Positions 57,022 to 64,000 of a stretch of DNA of 64,000 nt are shown one piece after another. The stretch spans positions 2,240,001 through 2,304,000 of the forward strand of contig CBDETK010000013.1 of NCBI GenBank assembly GCA_965242865.1, written 5' to 3'. Position 1 is the stretch's first letter; the number at the start of each line of letters is the position of its first letter. The notes under the pieces were generated by a model. That model worked only from the letters and a program-made list of their open reading frames with translations, was not told the DNA's origin and searched no databases. The stretch is from Candidatus Latescibacterota bacterium (GTDB lineage: Bacteria > Latescibacterota > UBA2968 > UBA8231). Made by a program: the position numbers and the translations under genes.

Positions 57022-58881
57022 ATGCACCCTTTTCCTGACCGCCATCTGGCGGTACAACCCGCACTGACCCGCTCGTCCCGCACCCACTACGCCCTCGACG
57101 GTCCGTTGGCGGCCTACTTGCTTGCGGTCACCGAGCAGTGGCTGCTCATCGCGCCCGCGGCCAATCCGGCCATGTTGGCCATGTTTGCCGACCGCGACCG
57201 CAAGCCCTATCGCGATCAGATGCCGTGGGCCGGAGAATTTGCCGGCAAGTACCTGACGAGTGCCGTGCAAATCCTGCGGCTGACCGGCGACCCAACGCTA
57301 AAAAGGCACCTCAAAGCCTTCGTCGCTCAACTCATCGCCCACCAAGACGCAGACGGCTATCTCGGCCCTTGGCCGCACCGCCACCGCCTGACCGGGTACG
57401 CGCCCAACGTCGCGAACAAGCGCGGCGCCACGTGGGACGCTTGGGGGCATTATCACGCCATGCTGGGCTTGTTGCTCTGGTACGAGGAAAGCCGCGATTC
57501 ACAGGTCTTGCACTGCGTCGAGGCCATGGCCGCGCTCTTGGGCCGGAAGTTTGGGGGCAAAAAGCGTCCGCGGCTGGTCGATACCGGCAGTACGGAGATG
57601 AACCTAGCCCCGGTCCACGTCCTGTGCCTCCTCCACCGTCAGACCGGCCAAGATCGCTATCTCGCCTTGGCCTTGCAGTGGGTCGATGAGTTCGCCGCGC
57701 TAGACGCGGACGGGCAGCCGCTCGCGGGCGATTATCTCAATCGAGCCTTGGCCGGCCAGCCCTTCTTCCAAACGCCCAAGCCGCGCTGGGAAAGCCTGCA
57801 TCCGATCATGGCCTTGGCCGAGTTGTACTGGATCACCGGCGAGGCCCCCTACCGCCGGGCTTTTGAGCAGATCTGGTGGAGCATCGTCGAGCTCGACCGG
57901 CACAACAACGGCGGCTTTTCTTCGGGCGAAGCCGCCCAAGGCAACCCCTACCACCAAGGCGCGATCGAGACCTGCTGCACCATCGCTTGGGTGGCTGCGA
58001 GCGTGGAGATGCTCAAGCTGACCGGCAACTCGATTGTGGCCGACGAGCTCGAGCTCTCCACCCTCAACTCCATCCTCGGCCTGCACTCGGCGAGCGGTCG
58101 CTGGGTCACGTACAACACGCCGATGGACGGAGTGCGCAAGGCGAGTGCCCACGACATAGTCTTTCAGGCGCGCGAAGGCAGCCCCGAGTTGAACTGCTGC
58201 AGCGTCAATGGAGCGCGCGGGTTGGGCATGGTCGCGGACTGGGCGCTCATGCGCGACGCGGACGGGCTGGTACTCAATTGGTACGGCCCGGGCCGGATGC
58301 AGACCGAGCTGGAACGCGGCGTGGTCGTGGTGCTGACCCAACAGACGGAGTACCCCCGTAGCGGGCGCGTGCGCATTCGCGTCGATCCGGCCGAGGCCGC
58401 GGAGTTTGCGCTCAAATTGCGAGTGCCCTACTGGTCGCAGCAAACGAAGGTGCGAGTAAACGGCGAGGCCGCCAGCACAGCGGACGCGGGGGCGTACCGG
58501 ACGCTGACGCGGCACTGGCAGCCCGGGGATACCATTGACCTCAACTTGGACATGTCCCTGCACTACTGGCGCGGCGAACGGGAGTGCCGCGGTACGGTCT
58601 CGATTTTTCGGGGGCCGGTGCTCTTGACCTACGACCGCCGGCTCAACGCCATAGACCCGGCCGAGGTGCCGGCACTCAACGCGGTAGCCCTGCAAGGGGA
58701 TTTGGTGGAGGCTGAGGCGATGGTGGCGCTGGATGTGGGGGCCGCAGACGGCCGCACGCTGCGCTTGTGCGACTTTGCCAGCGCCGGGGAAGGCGGCTCG
58801 CCGTATCGCTCTTGGCTGCGCGTGACCAACGCCCCCCAAACGCCTTTTTCCCGCGAAAACCCGCTCCGCAGCGGGCGGTAA
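57022..58881 (+). CDS. Glycoside hydrolase family 127 (beta-L-arabinofuranosidase-like)
   Basis: GKYL, QDADGYLG, ETCC, NCC, TEYP, LRVPYW, RGPV; RBS GAGGAG. Confidence 0.87.
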   Translation: MHPFPDRHLAVQPALTRSSRTHYALDGPLAAYLLAVTEQWLLIAPAANPAMLAMFADRDRKPYRDQMPWAGEFAGKYLTSAVQILRLTGDPTLKRHLKAFVAQLIAHQDADGYLGPWPHRHRLTGYAPNVANKRGATWDAWGHYHAMLGLLLWYEESRDSQVLHCVEAMAALLGRKFGGKKRPRLVDTGSTEMNLAPVHVLCLLHRQTGQDRYLALALQWVDEFAALDADGQPLAGDYLNRALAGQPFFQTPKPRWESLHPIMALAELYWITGEAPYRRAFEQIWWSIVELDRHNNGGFSSGEAAQGNPYHQGAIETCCTIAWVAASVEMLKLTGNSIVADELELSTLNSILGLHSASGRWVTYNTPMDGVRKASAHDIVFQAREGSPELNCCSVNGARGLGMVADWALMRDADGLVLNWYGPGRMQTELERGVVVVLTQQTEYPRSGRVRIRVDPAEAAEFALKLRVPYWSQQTKVRVNGEAASTADAGAYRTLTRHWQPGDTIDLNLDMSLHYWRGERECRGTVSIFRGPVLLTYDRRLNAIDPAEVPALNAVALQGDLVEAEAMVALDVGAADGRTLRLCDFASAGEGGSPYRSWLRVTNAPQTPFSRENPLRSGR

Positions 58882-58900
58882 GGCAACAGGAGCTTGTATC

Positions 58901-60232
58901 ATGCGAGAACATTCGGTGCGCCGCTCGTTGCAAATCTACGAGCGCGCCAAAGCACTCATCCCCGGCACCACCCAGCTCATCAGCCGGCGGCCAACCCGGG
59001 CCGCGCTCGGCGTCAGCCCCATCTACGCCGAGCGCGCCCAAGGCTGTCGCATCTGGGATGTGGATGGCAACGAATACATCGATTGGACCAGCGCGGTGGG
59101 GCCGGTGATCTTGGGCTATGCCGACGAGGTCGTCGATGCCGCGGTCCGCGCCCAGATCGACCGGGGGGCGATCTATAGCATCGTCCAAGAATCGGCCGTG
59201 GAACTGGCCGAAGTGCTGGTGCGGATCGTGCCCTCGGCCGAGATGGTGCGCTACTGCAAGGGCGGGGGCGAGGCCTGCGCCATTGCCGTGCGGATCGCGC
59301 GCGGAGTCACCGGCCGCGACAAGGTGCTGTTTTGCGGGTATCACGGCTGGCACGACTGGTATCAAGCGGCCAACCTCGGGGCAGAGCGGCTGGCCGCTCA
59401 TCTCTTTAATGGCATTGAGCCGATTGGGGTGCCCCGCTGTCTGGAGGGCACGGCCCTGCCTTTTGCGTACGGCGATCTCCATGAACTAACGGCCCTGCTC
59501 GAAAGACATGCTGGCGAGTTGGCCTGTATCATCATGGAGCCGATGCGCTCGGACGAGCCGCCGCCGGGCTATCTCGAAAAGGTGCGGGAGTTGGCGTCGC
59601 ACTACGGGGTGGTGCTCATTTTTGACGAGGTCTCGTCCGGGTTCCGGGTGGCCTTGGGCGGCGCGCAGGAATACGCGAGCGTGACGCCGGACCTCTCTGT
59701 TTTTGCCAAGGCCATCTCCAATGGCTATCCCATGGGCGCGGTGGTCGGCAAGCGGGAGTTTATGGCCTTAGCCGAGCAGATGTTTATCTCCAGCGCTTAT
59801 TGGGACGACAACATTGGCGTGGCGGCCTCGCTGGCGACCTTACGAGAGTTGGAGCGCCGCGACGCAGTGGGCCACTTCGAGCGCATCGGCGCCTCGTTTA
59901 AGGAGCAGGTAAACGCCGCGGCCGCGGCCGTTGGGCTTGACGCGTGCTGCGAGGGGGTGGCGGCGCATCCCCGCATCCACTTCGGCGCGGCCGATGCCGC
60001 AACAGCGGCCCAGGTCCACACCCTGTTCATCCAAGAGAACGCCCGCCGCGGCGTGATCTTGGCGGCTGGGTTCATGTTCAACTGCGCCCACGGCGAGCCC
60101 GAAGTCGAACAGACCGCGGCCGTGGTGCGGCAGAGTTTTGCGGTTATTGCCGAGGGGTTGGAGCGCGGGACCTTGGACGACCTGCTCGCCGCCCCGCCCC
60201 AGCAAGAGCTTTTCCGGCGGTTGGTGCGCTAG
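58901..60232 (+). CDS. Class III aminotransferase (glutamate-1-semialdehyde aminomutase-like)
   Basis: DVDGNEYID, GYHGWHDW, FDEV..GFR, FAKAISNGYP. Confidence 0.9.
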   Translation: MREHSVRRSLQIYERAKALIPGTTQLISRRPTRAALGVSPIYAERAQGCRIWDVDGNEYIDWTSAVGPVILGYADEVVDAAVRAQIDRGAIYSIVQESAVELAEVLVRIVPSAEMVRYCKGGGEACAIAVRIARGVTGRDKVLFCGYHGWHDWYQAANLGAERLAAHLFNGIEPIGVPRCLEGTALPFAYGDLHELTALLERHAGELACIIMEPMRSDEPPPGYLEKVRELASHYGVVLIFDEVSSGFRVALGGAQEYASVTPDLSVFAKAISNGYPMGAVVGKREFMALAEQMFISSAYWDDNIGVAASLATLRELERRDAVGHFERIGASFKEQVNAAAAAVGLDACCEGVAAHPRIHFGAADAATAAQVHTLFIQENARRGVILAAGFMFNCAHGEPEVEQTAAVVRQSFAVIAEGLERGTLDDLLAAPPQQELFRRLVR

Positions 60233-60818
60233 GGCTGCGGCCCAAATCCCCCGTGGTGCAAGAGCGGGCTGAGGACGAGGTGGTAGCTGACTTGGCGGGT
60301 GCCGAAATAGGCTTCGACGTCGCCGGTGGGATCGGCCCCGGCGAGGGCCTCGCGGAGGCTCGTCGCCAAGCGTTGATAGAGCGTTTGGCTGTGGGCAAAG
60401 AAGTGGTTGAACTGGGCTGGCGCGCAAAGGCGCGCAACGCTCGGACGAAGCGCGTAAAGTTTTCCTCGTTGCGGAAGGCGCGGTAGAGGTGGGGGGGAAT
60501 GGGTTGGGTTGGTTCTAATGCGGGCGGGTCCGACAGGTAGAGCATGGCGGTTGGGTAGGCGTCAGACCACCCGCTGTCCGCGCTCAGGCTGCGGAAAAAG
60601 GCCACGGCCTGCTGGGGGGGATAGCGCGAGAAGTGCGCGACGAGGTCGGCGGCGTAATCCACTCGATAGGGCGTCAGATAGCGATACTGGCTGAGGAGTT
60701 GGACCGCGGTGAGCAGCTCGATGCGCGGGTCCGCGCCGATGTGCAGGCGTTGCTCGGCGCGGACCCCAGCGGCGAGCAGCAGGGCAAGCCCCAGATATAT
60801 GCGATGAGAATTTCCAAC
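60229..60818 (-). pseudogene. DUF4932-like secreted protein, frameshifted and truncated
   Basis: DPRIELL...HFSRY...LRAFARQ, then a 1-nt frameshift near 60416; continues QFNHFF...EAYFG...SPLLHHGGFGP and stops. The 5' end is approximate. Confidence 0.65.
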
Positions 60819-60820
60819 GA

Positions 60821-61147
60821 TTAGGAGTCCCAAGCGTCGTCGGGGTCTGGGGCCGAGCGGGTGTCGTGCAGGGCTTCTTTGAGTTGTTTGCCCGGCTTGA
60901 AGTGCGTCTTGCGGCGGGCGGGCACGTACACGACCTCGCCGGTGCGCGGGTTGCGCGCCGCGGGCTTGGGTTTGGTGTCTTTGACTTCGAGTACGCCGAA
61001 TCCCCTGATTTCAATGCGGTTGCCTTCGATAAGCGTTTCGCGCATGGCCTCGAAAAGGCTATTGACCATTTCCAACGTCAGATTGTTTTTGCAGCCGAGC
61101 GTATCGGCCACTGATTTTGCTAGATCCTTCTTGGTTATCGTGGGCAC
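60821..61147 (-). CDS. ihfB: HU/IHF family DNA-binding protein (IHF beta-like)
   Basis: TKKDL, GNRIEIRGFG, ARNPRTGE, FKPGKQLK. Confidence 0.85.
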   Translation of the reverse strand: MPTITKKDLAKSVADTLGCKNNLTLEMVNSLFEAMRETLIEGNRIEIRGFGVLEVKDTKPKPAARNPRTGEVVYVPARRKTHFKPGKQLKEALHDTRSAPDPDDAWDS

Positions 61148-61271
61148 TAAAACCTCGCTAGATGAGGAGTTAAACCGGCTCTGATTTTGTGCTAAGTGCT
61201 TGTATTATACGAAATTCTGAAACTCAATCAAGAGAAAAGTAACCTATAAAAGAAACAGCGACATAAGCGCG

Positions 61272-62279
61272 TCACCGGGCCTGTAATTGAGGGTCGGAAA
61301 GGGTTTTCAAAAAGGCGACGAGCGCGTCTTGGTCGGCCCGGTTGAGGTCGAGGTTGGGCCGGACGAGCAACAGGGGGTCGGTCAGGACCGTGCGGTGAAA
61401 GCCGGCGTCGTAGTGCGCGACGACCTCGGCCAAGGTCTGAAAGCGACCGTCGTGCATGTACGGCGCGGTGTACTCTACGTTGCGCAGGGTGGGCGTCTTG
61501 AATTTGCCGCGGTCGAGGCGTTTCCCGCTGAGCGCGGCCAGCCCCTCATCGCGGGGGTCGAGCTCCAGCCCGGTGTTGTGGAACTCGTTGTCCGTGAAAA
61601 GCGGGGCGACGTGGCAGTGGAAGCAGTCGCCGGCCTCGGTGTGAAAGAGGATGAAGCCGCGTTCCTCGGTTGGCGTAAAGGCCGCTTGGCCAGCCAACCA
61701 GCGGTCGTATTTGCTGTCCGCCGAAATCAGGGTGCGCTCAAACTGGGCGATGGCTTGGACGACCCGCCGCCGGCTGATGAGCGCGTCGCCAAAGGCGCGG
61801 GCGAAGAGCGCGGGATACTCGGCATGCCGCTCCAGTTTGGCCACCACGCGGTCCCAGTCCTCGCCCATTTCTACGGCCTGCTGCACCGGTTCGAGTGCTT
61901 GCTCTTCGAGGCTGGCCGCGCGTCCGTCCCAGAAAAAGGACCGGCTCCAGAGCGCGTTAAAAAGCGGCATGGAGTGGCGGCTGGTGGGGCCGCCGACGCC
62001 TTGGCTAAAGGGCCGGGGATCGGAGAAGGCGTGTTCGGGCAGGTGGCACGAGGCGCAGGCTATGGTGCTATCGACCGATAGGATGGGATCGGCAAAGAGC
62101 CGCTCGCCCAAGGCAATGCCTTCAACGGTCAGGGGATTGTCCGGCGGGATGGTCGGCGCGGGAAATCCCGCCGGCACCGCGAGCTCGTAGGGGGTTGGCC
62201 TCGGCGGATGCGCAGGGGGTACGGCCGCGTCTTGGCCGCAGGCGACTAGCCCCAGCAGGAGCAAGGCTCCGAGCACCAT
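61272..62279 (-). CDS. Di-heme cytochrome c peroxidase family protein (MbnH/MauG-like), lipoprotein
   Basis: LVAC lipobox; DNPLT, CASCH, FWDGRA, CFHCH, FKTPTLRNVEYTAPYMHDG. Confidence 0.88.
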   Translation of the reverse strand: MVLGALLLLGLVACGQDAAVPPAHPPRPTPYELAVPAGFPAPTIPPDNPLTVEGIALGERLFADPILSVDSTIACASCHLPEHAFSDPRPFSQGVGGPTSRHSMPLFNALWSRSFFWDGRAASLEEQALEPVQQAVEMGEDWDRVVAKLERHAEYPALFARAFGDALISRRRVVQAIAQFERTLISADSKYDRWLAGQAAFTPTEERGFILFHTEAGDCFHCHVAPLFTDNEFHNTGLELDPRDEGLAALSGKRLDRGKFKTPTLRNVEYTAPYMHDGRFQTLAEVVAHYDAGFHRTVLTDPLLLVRPNLDLNRADQDALVAFLKTLSDPQLQAR

Positions 62280-62283
62280 GGCG

Positions 62284-63015
62284 TTAGGCCCCTCGGTCGC
62301 GGTCGAGTCGCCCGATGGCCCCTAGGGAAAAGACTGTGACGCCGTTTTCCCGCAAGGTCTGTTGCGCGTCGGCATTGCCCATAATCCCGGCGCGGCCATT
62401 AAAGTCGTACAGCGCGTCGTACCACTCGTTGAGGTCCATCACCACGGCGATGGCCCACTCGTCGCCGCTCACGGTGAGGGCGAGCGGCAGGGAGACGGCA
62501 AACGAAAAATCTGCGCGGCCGGCCGGGCCGGTGTGCGTGAGAAAGGCGCCGGTGCCGTCGACCGTGCGAAAAAGGCCCTCCAAGCGCATGTAGTGGTAGC
62601 CGCCGCCCATGGGCACCGGCCAAGCCATGTTGTTGAAGGAATCGACGCTGGGCAGCGCCCCGGTTTTGTTTCGCGCCTCGTCGAGGCCAAAGGTAAAGTG
62701 CAGGGCCGTATAGGTGCCCCCGGGCACTTGGGCCGCAAGGCTGCGGGTCGCACCCTCAAAGGCGTTGCGATAGTGGAAGGCGGCCAGTTCCACGCGCTGA
62801 CCGCCGGCCGTCTCTAAGGCGATATCCGAGACGATGTACTCCAGCCGGGTGACGCCGTATTCGTTGCCAGCGGCATTGGTGTAGAGGATTTCCTCTCGTT
62901 TGAGATCGGCCGCGGCCACGGTGTGGTCAAAGTGAACGGTCACCGCGCCTTGGTCGTCATCGGCCGTGCCGCAGGCGGCCAGCGCGCCACAGGCGACTAA
63001 GATGAGGTATTTCAC
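62284..63015 (-). CDS. MbnP family copper-binding lipoprotein
   Basis: LAAC lipobox; YIVSDIAL, FTFGLD, MAWP..MGGGYHYMRLEG, THTG; directly upstream of the MbnH-like gene. Confidence 0.78.
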   Translation of the reverse strand: MKYLILVACGALAACGTADDDQGAVTVHFDHTVAAADLKREEILYTNAAGNEYGVTRLEYIVSDIALETAGGQRVELAAFHYRNAFEGATRSLAAQVPGGTYTALHFTFGLDEARNKTGALPSVDSFNNMAWPVPMGGGYHYMRLEGLFRTVDGTGAFLTHTGPAGRADFSFAVSLPLALTVSGDEWAIAVVMDLNEWYDALYDFNGRAGIMGNADAQQTLRENGVTVFSLGAIGRLDRDRGA

Positions 63016-63113
63016 GGGGCATTCCCTTTTTTTAGCCAGTCAGCGAGAACTATTACTCGGCTTGTTGGTCTTTTTTTAAGACGGTACATTATCAAAATCA
63101 AGTAGGATGTAGG

Positions 63114-64000
63114 ATGCGCCAAGTTGTCGAGTCCGTCCAAGGGGGCGAGCGTCCGCGGACGCGGATTGGCCACAAGCTGATCCTCAGTTTCGTGTTGCTA
63201 GTCATGGTCGTCGTCGGCCTGTCGGGTTGGGTGCTCTTCGAGTTGACGGACCGCAGCTTGGAGCGGCAGATGCGCGACCATCTCGTATCGGTTGCCACGC
63301 TGGTGAGCACCAATCTGTCCGGCAATGTGCTGCGCTACTTGCACCCAGGCCGCGAGCACTCCAATCTTTACCGAACCCTAGTAAGCAAATTGCAGCGCGC
63401 CGAACAAGGGGTCGGTGCTCGGCAGATTTTCGTTTTCGACCGCCAGTACCGCTCGCTGCTCGACACCGATGGGCTGATGCCCATTGGCCGCGAGTACCCC
63501 AAGCGAATTTTGCACCGCCGAGAGTTGGAAAAGGTTTGGCAGGGCCGTACCGCACATTCGGTATTTTTTTATGACGGCGATGTTCCATACATGACAGGGT
63601 ACGCCCCCATTTTTGACCGCGGCGAGGTCGTCGCAATCGTCGGAGTCGAGATCGGCGCTCGGTTTGTGGACTCCATCCGCGTCTTCGGACGGTCCGTGCT
63701 GATTTTTGCCGGACTGAGTGCGTTGCTCACGGTCGGGGTGGCCTGGGGGTTGGCGCGGACCCTGACGCGGCCCATCCAAAAGCTGGTCGAGGCGGCACGC
63801 GCCATCGGCCGCGGCAACTTGGCCCAAGAGGTGGTCACCGCGTCCGACGACGAAATCGGCTACTTGGGCGAGGCCATGGAGGAGATGCGGCGCAAGCTGA
63901 GTGCCCGCGACGCCCAGCTGCGCCTCATGCTGGGCGGCGTGGCCCATGAGATCCGCAATCCGCTGGGCAGTATTGAGCTGTACGCCGGCCTGATCGCCGG
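63114..64000 (+). CDS. Sensor histidine kinase with a HAMP domain (partial, runs off the right edge)
   Basis: Not in the ORF track. Hand translation shows two TM segments, HAMP LTRPIQKL...DEIGYL, and H-box VAHEIRNPL. Confidence 0.9.
   Translation, partial: MRQVVESVQGGERPRTRIGHKLILSFVLLVMVVVGLSGWVLFELTDRSLERQMRDHLVSVATLVSTNLSGNVLRYLHPGREHSNLYRTLVSKLQRAEQGVGARQIFVFDRQYRSLLDTDGLMPIGREYPKRILHRRELEKVWQGRTAHSVFFYDGDVPYMTGYAPIFDRGEVVAIVGVEIGARFVDSIRVFGRSVLIFAGLSALLTVGVAWGLARTLTRPIQKLVEAARAIGRGNLAQEVVTASDDEIGYLGEAMEEMRRKLSARDAQLRLMLGGVAHEIRNPLGSIELYAGLIA

Noticed and set aside
58901-60232. Calling this gene hemL
   Set aside because: It is the same fold class, but the N-terminal and GYHGWHDW motifs fit the GSA-like paralogs, and no tetrapyrrole genes are nearby.
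690-63947. Many overlapping alternative-frame ORFs of 60-400 aa
   Set aside because: They are Arg/Pro/Gly-rich or antisense shadows typical of high-GC DNA, overlapping well-supported genes.

Overview
This 64-kb window is GC-rich bacterial chromosome with no rRNA, tRNA or CRISPR array that I can see. The gene families (FlgD-Ig C-terminal proteins, CRTAC1/ASPIC-UnbV proteins, a C-terminal TWGxIK motif, many enolase/Gfo/AKR enzymes) suggest a Latescibacterota/Poribacteria-like organism; this is inference only. Layout from left to right: (1) 1-14.4 kb, an envelope cluster of paralogous secreted proteins with a PpiC chaperone and a TPR lipoprotein; (2) a tandem-repeat coiled-coil gene; (3) sugar and acid catabolic genes, crcB and prpD; (4) core genes udg-dnaB-obgE, followed by a PIN toxin and an antitoxin fused to an Abi-alpha-like domain; (5) a small Cys-rich secreted peptide gene behind a repeat-rich regulatory region; (6) an ART-like/HEAT protein; (7) a defence island (DUF5131-TcmP, Type IIG/ISP-like R-M, ABC ATPase-DUF4276) sitting between two peptidase genes; (8) mscS bracketed by a duplicated gene end; (9) a three-gene Rieske / cytochrome b(6) / octaheme HAO-like operon, the strongest candidate for a little-described respiratory system; (10) a convergent Type II R-M pair; (11) GH127, IHF, MbnP/MbnH and a partial histidine kinase. 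CCWGG appears depleted across the window while its 5mC-deamination products appear enriched. All family calls come from motif recognition by eye; no searches were run.
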